Below the pieces are notes generated by a model. That model searched no databases. It was not told where the DNA came from and worked only from the letters and a program-made list of their open reading frames with translations. Positions 11,049 through 21,091 of a stretch of 64,000 bases of DNA are shown in pieces; within the stretch, counting starts at the first letter, position 1; each line of letters starts with the position of its first letter. Origin of the DNA: an uncultured Clostridia bacterium (lineage in GTDB: Bacteria > Bacillota > Clostridia > TANB77 > CAG-508); assembly GCA_947626885.1 (NCBI GenBank), contig CANQTX010000002.1:44531-108530 (forward strand). Reading direction: 5' to 3'. The position numbers and the translations under genes are program-made.

Positions 11049-11312
11049 AAATCTCTCCTTTTACGCAAATCCATCTTTATTTCATGTTACTTTTCATTTA
11101 TATACTATTGTATTCATTTTACGTATCATACGTGTATGACTCTTTTAATTTTTTATTTTCCTACTACTTCCATATATGAATTACTGATTTTTTCTCCTTT
11201 AATAATATAGAACATTATATATACATATAATGTTCATTTTTCTTTTTTATATGCATCTTGTTTTTTATCTACTTGGTATATATGATTTTTATGATTGAGA
11301 GTATACAAAATA

Positions 11313-11927
11313 TTAAAATAGTGTATATATCATAGGTGTTATTACACTTGAAGTTACAAAAAAGAATAGTAAACCTGTTAGTAATAATAAACATAGTAAT
11401 GGTATTAATATAAAATTTTTTCTTTCTATAAAGTAACTTACTATTTTTATTATTATGCTTATACGATTTGCTCTTTTTTCATTTTTTGAGATATTTTCTA
11501 TTGTATTGATTCTAGGTGAAAATCCTTTCCAGTTTATATTATTTGTATTATTTTTCCATAAATAAAATCCATACTCACTTGCCCATTTTTTCTTTTTTAA
11601 TAGTGCAACTGGTAATAATACTAATATGTATATAATTGTTAATATAATTAATAATATTGCCAAAAAAATTTTATTGATAAATTTTTTTAGCAATTTGCTT
11701 GGATAATATAATGCATACGGATATATTATACCTAAAAGCAATATCGTTAATCCAAATACCATCAAAAATATTGATATATATTCGACTATCAAATGCGTTG
11801 TTGTTAAATACTTTAATCCTGCTACGATAATCAAAACAATTCCCATTCCTTGTCCAAAAAGTATTTCTTCTTTTAACGCTTCGTTTTCTTTTTTTTGTTT
11901 TAATTCATTGATATATGCATCAGTCAA
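11313..11927 (-). CDS. membrane protein, possibly SxtJ-like accessory protein of carbamoyltransferase
   Basis: 204 aa, several TM helices, overlaps carbamoyltransferase stop by 8 nt (translational coupling); SxtJ-like small membrane proteins are known to follow carbamoyltransferase genes. Confidence 0.35.
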   Translation of the reverse strand: MTDAYINELKQKKENEALKEEILFGQGMGIVLIIVAGLKYLTTTHLIVEYISIFLMVFGLTILLLGIIYPYALYYPSKLLKKFINKIFLAILLIILTIIYILVLLPVALLKKKKWASEYGFYLWKNNTNNINWKGFSPRINTIENISKNEKRANRISIIIKIVSYFIERKNFILIPLLCLLLLTGLLFFFVTSSVITPMIYTLF

Positions 11928-13737
11928 GTTCGTATTTCACCTTCTTTTTTTTATTTATTTTACAATTTGTTTGTTTTTCCTTACTTAATAATCGATTTCC
12001 TATAACTAAATAATCTATATCTGTATTCATAAAACACATGTAAGCATCTTCTACTGTATTGACAATGGGTTCTCCTCTAACATTAAAAGAGGTATTAATT
12101 AAAACACTGCAATGAGTTATTTTCTTGTATTCCTCTAACAATTTATATATAAATGGATTTCTCTCCTTATTGATTGTTTGTATTCTTGCAGAATAATCTA
12201 CATGTGTTACTGCAGGTATTTGAGATCTCTTTTGATTTATTATTTCTATTATATTTTGCTTTTTCTTAGTATCTAACCTTAAATTTTCTTTTACATAACA
12301 GGTCATTAACATGTAGGGAGATTCTTTTTTGCAATTAAAGTATTTATCTTTATCTTCTAATAATACTATTGGAGCAAATGGTCTAAAACTTTCTCTTTTT
12401 TTAATTTTTAAATTCATTTTTGATTGCATTGTCTCATCTTGCGCACTACCTAAAATTGATCTATTTCCTAATGCTCTTGGTCCCCATTCCATTCTTCCCC
12501 TTGCTATTGCTATAATTTTTCCTTTATGTAAAAGATATGAAATTTTATTTATTAATGCATCTTCTTCAAGATTTTCCCATGTAGCTCCTAAATTTTCCAA
12601 TACTTTAGAATCTCTTATATCATCATTTTTTATTTCAGTTCCTAAATAGCAAGACATCATGGAATCATTTTTTTCTGTTTTTCTTTCTTTATGTAATATT
12701 TCATACCAAACCCAATAAGCTGCACCTAATGCTCCTCCCGCATCTCCTGCTGCTGGCTGTATCCATATGTTTTCAAATATATTTTTTCTTGAGAGTTCAC
12801 CCATTGATACAACATTTAAGGCTACACCGCCTGCTAATACTAAATTTTTTAGATTTGTTTTTTTCTTAATATATTGTGCCATTTTTATTACACATTCATT
12901 GCATATTTCTTGAATACTCGCTGCTAAATCCATTTCGCGTTTTGTAATCTTGCCTTCTGGTTTTCTTTCTGGACCTTTAAAAAGTGTATTAAATTTTTTA
13001 TTTATCATTTTTTTACTTGTAATATAATTAAAATATTTTTGATTTAGATTAATGGTTCCATCTTCATTTATATGTATTAATTCTTTTTTTATTGTATCTA
13101 CATATTTAGGTTCTCCATATGGTGCAAGTCCCATTAGTTTATATTCTCCACTATTTATTTTAAAACCAGTAAAGTAAGTAAATGCAGAATATAATAGTCC
13201 TAATGAGTTTGGAAATTTTAATTCTTCCTTCAATTCTATATGGTTATTTTTTCCTTCTCCCCAAGTTGTTGTTGCCCATTCCCCTACTCCATCTATTGTT
13301 AGTATGGCTGCTTCTTCATATGGTGATGGAAAAAATGCACTTGCTGCATGTGACATATGATGATGACAAAATAATATTTTTTTCTTTATACCTAAATCTT
13401 TACAAATTTTGCTTTCCATCCATAAGTCAGAAGATATCCATTTGGATATTGATCTTAAGTAAGACAAAATACCTTTGGGAGCCATAATGTGATAACTCAT
13501 AAGGAGTCTTTCAAACTTCATAAAAGAATCTTCATAAAATACTATATAATCAATTTCTTCTATTTTTTTATTTACTACATTTAAGCAGTAATTAATGGCA
13601 TTATGAGGAAAACTAGAATCTCCTTTTTTTCTTGTAAATCTTTCTTCTTGTGCAGCAGCCATGATTTTTCCATCTTTTAGAATTGTTGCTGCCGAATCAT
13701 GATAATAAGCAGATATTCCTAATATTGTTATACTAAT
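11920..13737 (-). CDS. NodU/CmcH-family carbamoyltransferase; probable non-canonical ATT (AUU) start
   Basis: Annotated ORF starts MAAAQEERFTRKK, but the in-frame upstream codons encode ISITILGISAYYHDSAATILKDGKI, i.e. the conserved family N-terminus; no ATG/GTG/TTG in frame before it; GGAGGAG RBS at 13744-13750 with 6-nt spacer to ATT at 13735-13737. Confidence 0.75.
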   Translation of the reverse strand: MSITILGISAYYHDSAATILKDGKIMAAAQEERFTRKKGDSSFPHNAINYCLNVVNKKIEEIDYIVFYEDSFMKFERLLMSYHIMAPKGILSYLRSISKWISSDLWMESKICKDLGIKKKILFCHHHMSHAASAFFPSPYEEAAILTIDGVGEWATTTWGEGKNNHIELKEELKFPNSLGLLYSAFTYFTGFKINSGEYKLMGLAPYGEPKYVDTIKKELIHINEDGTINLNQKYFNYITSKKMINKKFNTLFKGPERKPEGKITKREMDLAASIQEICNECVIKMAQYIKKKTNLKNLVLAGGVALNVVSMGELSRKNIFENIWIQPAAGDAGGALGAAYWVWYEILHKERKTEKNDSMMSCYLGTEIKNDDIRDSKVLENLGATWENLEEDALINKISYLLHKGKIIAIARGRMEWGPRALGNRSILGSAQDETMQSKMNLKIKKRESFRPFAPIVLLEDKDKYFNCKKESPYMLMTCYVKENLRLDTKKKQNIIEIINQKRSQIPAVTHVDYSARIQTINKERNPFIYKLLEEYKKITHCSVLINTSFNVRGEPIVNTVEDAYMCFMNTDIDYLVIGNRLLSKEKQTNCKINKKKKVKYELD

Positions 13738-13757
13738 ATGAATCTCCTCCCTTCTTA

Positions 13758-15194
13758 CTATTTTTTTATGATTATTTCTAATTGTTCCTTTTCTGGAATA
13801 TTGGTATGAATACAGATTGATGTAACTAAATTTTCTCCCTTTAAGTCAAATGTTACTTCACTGCCCTTTTGTGTTCCTATTTTTTTCATTGTTTGATCAT
13901 CATATCCAAGTTTTTGATTTATGGTAGTAATATATAATTTAGTATTTTCAAGTGCTTCACCTTGTATTTTAATCTCATTAATAGAAACTGGATATTGTAA
14001 GGACAATTTTATATATTTATCTCTAATGGGCATCATTAACATATTATTTTCTTGCGGATAAGTTATCGTACATTTTATGCAGTCATCTTCCATTTCAGTA
14101 ATTTCTAAATTTAAGTTGTATGATGGAAAAGAATTATTAATGAATATTGGATATTCTATTTTTTCATCGTATTTTTTTCCTAATGTTTCTGAATAATCAC
14201 TTTCTAAAATATTAGCTATATATTTAGCAAAAAAATTGGTATATAGTGTACCAGGATGACCATTTACAGGGTTTGCTTTTTTATTATAATTATCTTTAGA
14301 ATTTTTCATTGCATTTTTAAATTCTTCAAACAAATTATAGGTTTTAATATTTGAATTTTCAAATAATTCTAATACTTTATACCATTCTTCATATTGGTCA
14401 TTTGTATTATTGGGTGTAGTAACAATAAAAGATGGTGTATTTAATGAATTTAAATATTCTCCTAATGGTTTAATGGCAATGTCATCATATATTTTCCTCC
14501 ATTTTTCATTTATGATAACATCATACCACATATTATATGGATATCCTGTTTCATCATTATATTGCATTTTTTGCTCGACTTTTTCATTTATCATATTATT
14601 TATCTTATAAGTTATATTAGGAAATAATTTTTTTATTTTTTTAGTACAGTTATTAATACTAAAATAATCTATTTCTTGAGCATGCTTAACAACTGTTTCT
14701 CCTTTTTCATTATCGATTTCTGGATCATTGATAACATATCCCATAATAATTATGTCTGGATTTATTTCCTCTATCATTTTTGTTTCGGTAAACCATTTCA
14801 TCTCATCATAGGTGGATGCTCCTCCTTTTCCTACTGCATATACTTCCACATCATAGTAACCTCTATTATATAATTCTAATTCTAATTGTCTCCACCATGT
14901 ATAATTTATATTGCTAAATCCATCTCCATCTATGTATGAATCTCCAATTATTAATATCTTCTTTTTGTTTTCTTGTATTTTAGGAGCTTTTCTTGTTAAT
15001 TCAATAAGTGGATAATCTTTAACTCTCATATAATCTTTATATTCTCTTTCTTTAGATAAGGTTTCATCATCTTGTGACCAATTTTCATATTGTGGCATAA
15101 TGTTATCTGTTATGATTAGCATTATTATTAATAGAATGATTAAAATAAAAAATCTAATGATTGCTTCTTTTGGTAGTATTTTATATTTCTTCAT
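13758..15194 (-). CDS. membrane-anchored SGNH/GDSL hydrolase family protein
   Basis: 478 aa; N-terminal TM anchor, SGNH blocks IIGDSY, GKGGAST, GYVINDP, NGHPG. Confidence 0.7.
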   Translation of the reverse strand: MKKYKILPKEAIIRFFILIILLIIMLIITDNIMPQYENWSQDDETLSKEREYKDYMRVKDYPLIELTRKAPKIQENKKKILIIGDSYIDGDGFSNINYTWWRQLELELYNRGYYDVEVYAVGKGGASTYDEMKWFTETKMIEEINPDIIIMGYVINDPEIDNEKGETVVKHAQEIDYFSINNCTKKIKKLFPNITYKINNMINEKVEQKMQYNDETGYPYNMWYDVIINEKWRKIYDDIAIKPLGEYLNSLNTPSFIVTTPNNTNDQYEEWYKVLELFENSNIKTYNLFEEFKNAMKNSKDNYNKKANPVNGHPGTLYTNFFAKYIANILESDYSETLGKKYDEKIEYPIFINNSFPSYNLNLEITEMEDDCIKCTITYPQENNMLMMPIRDKYIKLSLQYPVSINEIKIQGEALENTKLYITTINQKLGYDDQTMKKIGTQKGSEVTFDLKGENLVTSICIHTNIPEKEQLEIIIKK

Positions 15195-15219
15195 AATTCC
15201 TCACTTTTTATTTAAAACA

Positions 15220-15257
15220 AAATATACCTAAATTATATATAATCTAGGTATATTTTG
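15220..15257 (-). terminator. putative terminator of gpr
   Basis: 12-bp inverted repeat AAAATATACCTA/TAGGTATATTTT with 13-nt loop, followed on minus strand by T-rich tract. Confidence 0.45.
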
Positions 15258-15284
15258 CAATACGGTTTTTTATGTTTTATTTTA

Positions 15285-16178
15285 CTACAGGGCTAAATTA
15301 ATTCCTTCTGATATAATTGCTGTCATATGTTCAATCAATTCATCTATTTCTTTGGGAGTTACAATAAAATTAAAATTATTTAACTTCATTTTTGTTATCA
15401 TTTCTTCTTCTGATACATCTACTTCGCACACATTTAATGCATCAATTACAATAGTTGCTGCATCTAAAACAGTAGGAACGCCAATAGCTATCACTGGAAT
15501 TTGCAATGTATCTACTGAAAGTTCTGCTCTACGATTTCCTACACCACCACCTGGTATAATACCCGTGTCAGATATTTGAATGGATTTATTAATTCTATCA
15601 ATATTTTTTGAACATAAACTGTCAATGGCGATAACTAATTTGGGTTTAATATTATCTACAATTCCTTTCACTACTTCAGCTGTTTCAATTCCTGTTGTTC
15701 CCAATACACCTGGTGTAATAGCACTAACACTTCTTGTATTTTTATCTATTGCTTCTGGCAAATACATTTTAATATGTCTAGTAATTTCTATATTTTCTAC
15801 TACTTTTGAGCCTAATGCATCTGGTGTAGCATATAAATTTCCGAGACCAACAACTAAAATTTCATCTGTTTTTTTAACATGCTTATCTATTATTTTAGAT
15901 AATTCTTTTGAAAAAGTTTGAATCATTTTATCTTCTTTTTCTATAGAAATATTTTGTATTTTTTTAACATCTATAGTTACATAATTCCCCATTTTTTTAT
16001 CAAGAGCTATTTCTCCCTCGTGATTTGTAATTTTCACTCTTGTAATGGTTATATCATCCTGTTTTTCTTCTTCACTTTCAATTCCTGCAATCTCTTCTTC
16101 TAACTTATTTGCCTTTTTATATAAATCACGTCTTTCTACTGCCATATCAGTTCTAAAAAACATATTTTTTCCCCCCAT
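15285..16178 (-). CDS. gpr: germination protease GPR (spore endopeptidase)
   Basis: FFRTDMAVE N-terminus, VVGLGNLYATPDALGSKVVENIEITRH and ISDTGIIPGGGVGNRR match GPR (peptidase A25) signatures. Confidence 0.9.
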   Translation of the reverse strand: MGGKNMFFRTDMAVERRDLYKKANKLEEEIAGIESEEEKQDDITITRVKITNHEGEIALDKKMGNYVTIDVKKIQNISIEKEDKMIQTFSKELSKIIDKHVKKTDEILVVGLGNLYATPDALGSKVVENIEITRHIKMYLPEAIDKNTRSVSAITPGVLGTTGIETAEVVKGIVDNIKPKLVIAIDSLCSKNIDRINKSIQISDTGIIPGGGVGNRRAELSVDTLQIPVIAIGVPTVLDAATIVIDALNVCEVDVSEEEMITKMKLNNFNFIVTPKEIDELIEHMTAIISEGINLAL

Positions 16179-16255
16179 ATTCTATCGATTCCTTTGCTCT
16201 GTTCTGTATTCTATTTTTTTCTTTTTTATAAATTTTATTCATACTCTTATGTTGT

Positions 16256-16306
16256 ACAAGAAAAAAACTAATTTTTAAGTTCTTATTATCTTAAAAATTA
16301 GTTTTT
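16256..16306 (-). terminator. rho-independent terminator of yebC-family gene
   Basis: perfect 17-bp inverted repeat AAAAACTAATTTTTAAG / CTTAAAAATTAGTTTTT (16263-16279 / 16290-16306) followed on minus strand by a T-run. Confidence 0.65.
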
Positions 16307-16352
16307 CTTATAATTTCTTTTTATATATTATGTTATTCACTAAAAAATATTT

Positions 16353-17078
16353 CTATTCTTCCCAGTTATGGAATACTTCTAATACATCATCTAATTCCTC
16401 TAAATTATCTATTAAACGTTGCATTTTTACAGAAGCATTTTCATCTAAAGAGATATATGTATTTGGTACCATTTGTACTCCGGCTTCTAAAAAAGTAATG
16501 TTTTGTTCACTAAGCTTTTCTGCTACATTAGTAAAATCGTTTGGCAGTGTTGTTATTTCATAAACTTCCTCTTCACTTGAAAAATCTTCTGCGCCGGCCT
16601 CTATAGCAAGCATCATCAAATCTTCTTCATCCATTGAACATGTTTCCTTTTCTATCACAATAACACCTTTCTTTTCAAACATGTAGGATACACATCCATT
16701 TGTTCCTAAATTGCCACCAGCCTTATCAAACACATGTCGTACATCAGCAGCTGTTCTGTTTTTATTATCTGTTGAAGCATTTACGATAACTGCTACACCA
16801 CCAACACCATATCCTTCATATACTAATTCTTCATAGTGCGTATTTCCACCTTCTCCGGATGCCTTTTTAATTGCATTTTTTATGGTATCATTTGGCATAT
16901 TATTTGCTTTACATTTTGCAATAACATCTTTTAGTTTAGAATTTCCTGTTGGATCTGGTCCACCTTGTTTTACTGCCACTAATAACTCTCTTCCTAATTT
17001 AGTAAATATTTTTCCCCTAGCAGCATCTGCTTTTCCTTTTTTGGCTTGTATATTATGCCATTTTGAATGTCCTGACAT
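16353..17078 (-). CDS. yebC: YebC/PmpR family DNA-binding transcriptional regulator
   Basis: [32 protein letters not shown]-terminus; true start is the internal ATG at 17076-17078 preceded by AAAGGAGAAA RBS (the longer ORF start lies inside the RBS). Confidence 0.9.
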   Translation of the reverse strand: MSGHSKWHNIQAKKGKADAARGKIFTKLGRELLVAVKQGGPDPTGNSKLKDVIAKCKANNMPNDTIKNAIKKASGEGGNTHYEELVYEGYGVGGVAVIVNASTDNKNRTAADVRHVFDKAGGNLGTNGCVSYMFEKKGVIVIEKETCSMDEEDLMMLAIEAGAEDFSSEEEVYEITTLPNDFTNVAEKLSEQNITFLEAGVQMVPNTYISLDENASVKMQRLIDNLEELDDVLEVFHNWEE

Positions 17079-17196
17079 AATTGTTTCTCCTTTCATTGTT
17101 TGTTGGCCATGTACCATTTATGATTTACTTAACATATTGTAGCATATTTTCCTTAAGTTAGGCAAGTATTTTTTATAAATTTTTGCCGGATGAAAT

Positions 17197-18096
17197 TTAA
17201 TTTTGTTTCCAAAACATTTTATTATTTTTAAATATAAAACTTATTTTATTTTCATCATATAAATAAGATAAATATGACTTTACTGTGCTACCAATTAAAA
17301 CATATTGATTACAATTCATTGTAATATTGTAGATATTAAAGATATATTGTAAAATCTCTTCAAAAGTTTTTTCCTCTTTACAAATATCATAGATTTTATT
17401 TGAAATTTCTTGTATTTTATCTCGGTTAACCTGAATCAATGATGTTATATTATCTGTTGCTTCACAATGAGAAGGAATGTATAACTTTCCTTCTAACGTT
17501 TCTAAAAATGCTAATGTATTAAGAAATGCTTTTACATCATAAATAAAAAATAAATGATATTTTTCAATTGTTTCTTTACTAAACAATGCATCTGCTAAAA
17601 AATAGATATTATCACTTGTTTTAATACCTATCATATCAAAAAAGTGCCCTTTTAAATCAAAAAATGTCAATCCTTCAGGAAGATTCTTCTCTATTGGAAT
17701 AACAATAGATTCTTTTGCTAATAAAAATTTATTTCGAATCTCTTTAAATGGATATCCTCCATACAAAAAGGATGGTTCTAAAATGGGATTTTCTGTAAAA
17801 CTTTTTTCAATTTCATAAGCTAAAATCTCGCAGTTGGTCCTATTTTGAATGACTTTATTGCCTCCAATATGGTCTGCATTTGAATGCGTTGTTATAATTC
17901 CCTTTACTTTCCAACCTTGTTCTTCAATAATCTTCAATATTTTTTTACCTGCATCTTTATCATTTCCTGTATCGATTATATAAACATTTACATCATCTAA
18001 TTTATAAATGCCAATATTGGTAGGGTTTTTAATGTAGTATGTTTTTTCTCCAACTTTTATTAATTCCATAAGTTTTTCCTTTTTTCTTATTCTCAA
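17197..18096 (-). CDS. MBL-fold metallo-hydrolase
   Basis: 299 aa, HSNADHIGG motif. Confidence 0.75.
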   Translation of the reverse strand: MRIRKKEKLMELIKVGEKTYYIKNPTNIGIYKLDDVNVYIIDTGNDKDAGKKILKIIEEQGWKVKGIITTHSNADHIGGNKVIQNRTNCEILAYEIEKSFTENPILEPSFLYGGYPFKEIRNKFLLAKESIVIPIEKNLPEGLTFFDLKGHFFDMIGIKTSDNIYFLADALFSKETIEKYHLFFIYDVKAFLNTLAFLETLEGKLYIPSHCEATDNITSLIQVNRDKIQEISNKIYDICKEEKTFEEILQYIFNIYNITMNCNQYVLIGSTVKSYLSYLYDENKISFIFKNNKMFWKQN

Positions 18097-18134
18097 AAAT
18101 TATTTTTAAATCTTCATACTTTTAAACATATCAT

Positions 18135-18944
18135 TTAAAATGTCTTCTCTTCTCGTACTTTTTTATCATGTATAAAAATGGTATTAACACCATCCCCCAA
18201 GAAAGTTTGATTGATAGTTTTTGCCATTACATTAGAGCAATTTAAAATTTCTTTTTTAAATTGCTCAGTAGAGTGTATTGGAATTTCTTTAAAAATAATA
18301 TTATGTGATTCAATATTGGTTCCAATTGTAAATACACTTGGTTTTTCTATAGAAATTAAATCTTCTACATACATAGGAACTTTATTTCCAACAATAAGGT
18401 TTGTCCAAGCTATCATATGATTTTTTTCTTTTGAAAATTCTCTTTTTATAATATGTAACTTTCCTTCATTTAAATCTTCTCTTCCATCTGCTCTTGGTAT
18501 CCATCCTTGAAAATTCTTTTTTTCTGCTTTTGTATCGACACTACAAACTTGATATCCTTGTGCTGCTAATTTTCTACCTAAATGACATTTCGCACCATCC
18601 CCTATACAAAGTATCTTAGGATATTTACTAATAGGGTAATTTTTCATTACATATTTATATATCTCTTCACTTGACATAGGAAGTGCATTATACCAATCAA
18701 CAAATTCTAGAAATAATTGTTTCTGCTCTTGAATACCAATACTCTCAGGTCTTGTCATACCAATATCATACTTTTCCAATCCTAATTTTTCATTGATGTC
18801 GTTTAATTCGTCAAATATTTTTACTGTTAGAGCAACTAATTGCTCAGCATCCAATTTATCAGGATTTTCATCACTTACTTTTTTTCCATAATTGATTAAG
18901 TTATCTCTATATTCTATTACAAAATTTCGCGGGTTCGTTTCCAT
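18135..18944 (-). CDS. uncharacterised protein with central Rossmann-like dinucleotide-binding motif (paralogue 1)
   Basis: 269 aa; ILCIGDGAKCHLGRKLAAQGYQVCSVD resembles a beta-alpha-beta GxGxxx..D NAD-binding unit; no recognised family. Confidence 0.5.
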   Translation of the reverse strand: METNPRNFVIEYRDNLINYGKKVSDENPDKLDAEQLVALTVKIFDELNDINEKLGLEKYDIGMTRPESIGIQEQKQLFLEFVDWYNALPMSSEEIYKYVMKNYPISKYPKILCIGDGAKCHLGRKLAAQGYQVCSVDTKAEKKNFQGWIPRADGREDLNEGKLHIIKREFSKEKNHMIAWTNLIVGNKVPMYVEDLISIEKPSVFTIGTNIESHNIIFKEIPIHSTEQFKKEILNCSNVMAKTINQTFLGDGVNTIFIHDKKVREEKTF

Positions 18945-18955
18945 AAACTCCCTCC

Positions 18956-19799
18956 CTATAAATCATGTTCCTTCTGTTCCTTATTTTTTCCATTACAAAT
19001 AAATAATTTTCTTCTTTCATCTATTTCATTTATACGTAGCATAGCATCTATCTCTTCACATTTAACTTTTGGAGATTGTAAAATTAGTTTTTCTAATTGC
19101 GTACTAGATTTAATTGGAATACCTTTAAACTGAATATCATGTTCTTCAGCATTTGAACTTATTGTAAAAACTGTTGGTTTATCAATTGCAATTAACTCCT
19201 CTGCAATCATGGGAACCTTCTGTCCTACAACTAAACTTGCCCATTCAATCATAGGCGTTGATTTTCTATGAAATTCTGTTTTTACAATATGAAGTCCGTC
19301 CTTGTTTTAAATCTTTTCTTCCATCCGCTCTCGGAATTTTTCCTTGAAAAGCTTTTTTATTTGCAACAGGATCAACACTACAAACCTGATACCCCTGTGC
19401 TGCTAATTTCCTTCCTAAATGACAGTTTTCCCCATCTCCTACGCAAAGTATTCTTGGGTATTTACTAACAGGATATTTTTCTAATACATATTTATAAACT
19501 ATGTCTCCTAATGTTGTAACATTATACCAATCTAAAAATTCAGAAAATAAATAATCTTGTTCTTGAGGACTTATTTTAGAAGGTCTTCTTATTTTTATAT
19601 CATGATATTCAAATCCATATGCCATATCTATTTTATTTAATTCATCAAATATTTTGACTAGTAGTGCTTGTAATTCTGCTATACTTAACTTGTCTGGATT
19701 TTCAATACTTACTCTTTTACCATATTTAATTAAATTGCTTCTTAATATATATAGAAATTCTTCTGGCCTCATTTCCATAATTTTCCTCCAAATACTCAA
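18956..19799 (-). pseudogene. tandem paralogue of 18135-18944 interrupted by a frameshift (ORFs 19266-19799 and 18956-19252)
   Basis: Both ORFs align end-to-end with the 269-aa neighbour (e.g. ILCVGDGENCHLGRKLAAQGYQVCSVD; KVPMIAEELIAIDKPTVFTI vs KVPMYVEDLISIEKPSVFTI); frame changes near 19255-19300 at a T4 run. Confidence 0.55.
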
Positions 19800-19891
19800 T
19801 AATTATATCACAAATAATTCTAAAGGTCAATATTTATGTAAACACATCATTATAACAATATGGCATGAATATATATATTCATGCCATATTG

Positions 19892-21004
19892 TTATTTTAA
19901 GTTTTCAGGATTTAATCCCTTTAATTCTGGTAAAACAAATCTTCCATCTTTACGAATTAAAACATCATCAAAATAAATTTCCCCTCCACCATATTCTGGT
20001 CTTTGTATCAATACTAAATCCCAATGAACCGCTGAATGATTTCCATTTGGTGCATCTTCATAACAAGCGCCTGGTGTAAAATGAATAGAACCTACTATTT
20101 TTTCATCAAACAAAATATCTTTCATTGGTTTTTCTACATAAGGATTGACACCAATAGCAAATTCTCCTACATATCTTGCTCCATCATCTGTATCTAAAAT
20201 TCTATTAATTCTTTCATTATCATTAGCTGTTGCCTCAACAATTTTTCCATTTTTAAATGTTAATTTTACATTTTGGAATTCAAAGCCTTGGTAAACAGAT
20301 GGCGTATTATAAGATATTGTACCATTAATAGAGTTTTTAACCGGTGCAGTATATACTTCTCCATCTGGTATATTCATCTCTCCACAACATTTAATTGCTG
20401 GTATATCTTTTATAGAAAACGTTAAATCTGTATCTTTTGCTACCAATCTGACCTTGTCTGTTTGATTCATTAATTCCACTAATGGTATCATAGCTTTAGA
20501 CATTTTCTGATAGTCTAATGTACAAACATTATAATAAAAATCTTCAAAAGCTTCCAAACTCATATTAGCATTATTAGCATATGTGCCTGTTGGGAATTCT
20601 AAAATACACCATTTTTTCTTTAAGCGTGTTTTAAAATGTACAGGTGTTGCATAATACGTATTATACATATTTAATATATCAACTGGTACATCAGCCATTT
20701 CGCAAGAATTATCACTCGCATCTATTCTTAAATAACCATCCATAGCTTCCATAAAAGCCGTATCTGTTCTAGCTAATAGTTCAATCTGCTCCTGTGTCGC
20801 ACCAAGAAGCATTTCTCTTCTTAAAGTCATATCAATACTTTTGGTATACACAACTGCTTTTGCCGCATAAATTTCTTTAATTAATTGCTTTACTAAAGGA
20901 ATTGCTTTTTCTCCATTATACTCGATGAGAATTTTTTCTCCTTCTTGTACATGAATAGAATAATTAATTAAATTTTTAGCTAACTTTTTCATTCTTTCAT
21001 CCAT
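19892..21004 (-). CDS. aminopeptidase, peptidase family M29 (AmpS-like)
   Basis: 370 aa, overall similarity pattern to thermophilic-type M29 aminopeptidases. Confidence 0.8.
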   Translation of the reverse strand: MDERMKKLAKNLINYSIHVQEGEKILIEYNGEKAIPLVKQLIKEIYAAKAVVYTKSIDMTLRREMLLGATQEQIELLARTDTAFMEAMDGYLRIDASDNSCEMADVPVDILNMYNTYYATPVHFKTRLKKKWCILEFPTGTYANNANMSLEAFEDFYYNVCTLDYQKMSKAMIPLVELMNQTDKVRLVAKDTDLTFSIKDIPAIKCCGEMNIPDGEVYTAPVKNSINGTISYNTPSVYQGFEFQNVKLTFKNGKIVEATANDNERINRILDTDDGARYVGEFAIGVNPYVEKPMKDILFDEKIVGSIHFTPGACYEDAPNGNHSAVHWDLVLIQRPEYGGGEIYFDDVLIRKDGRFVLPELKGLNPENLK

Positions 21005-21091
21005 ATTTTACACCTCTTTCATATTTTTTATCTATATTTTATGTTCATATAATAAACCATTATATTTCTAGTATTGTAATAGTATTGAAAA

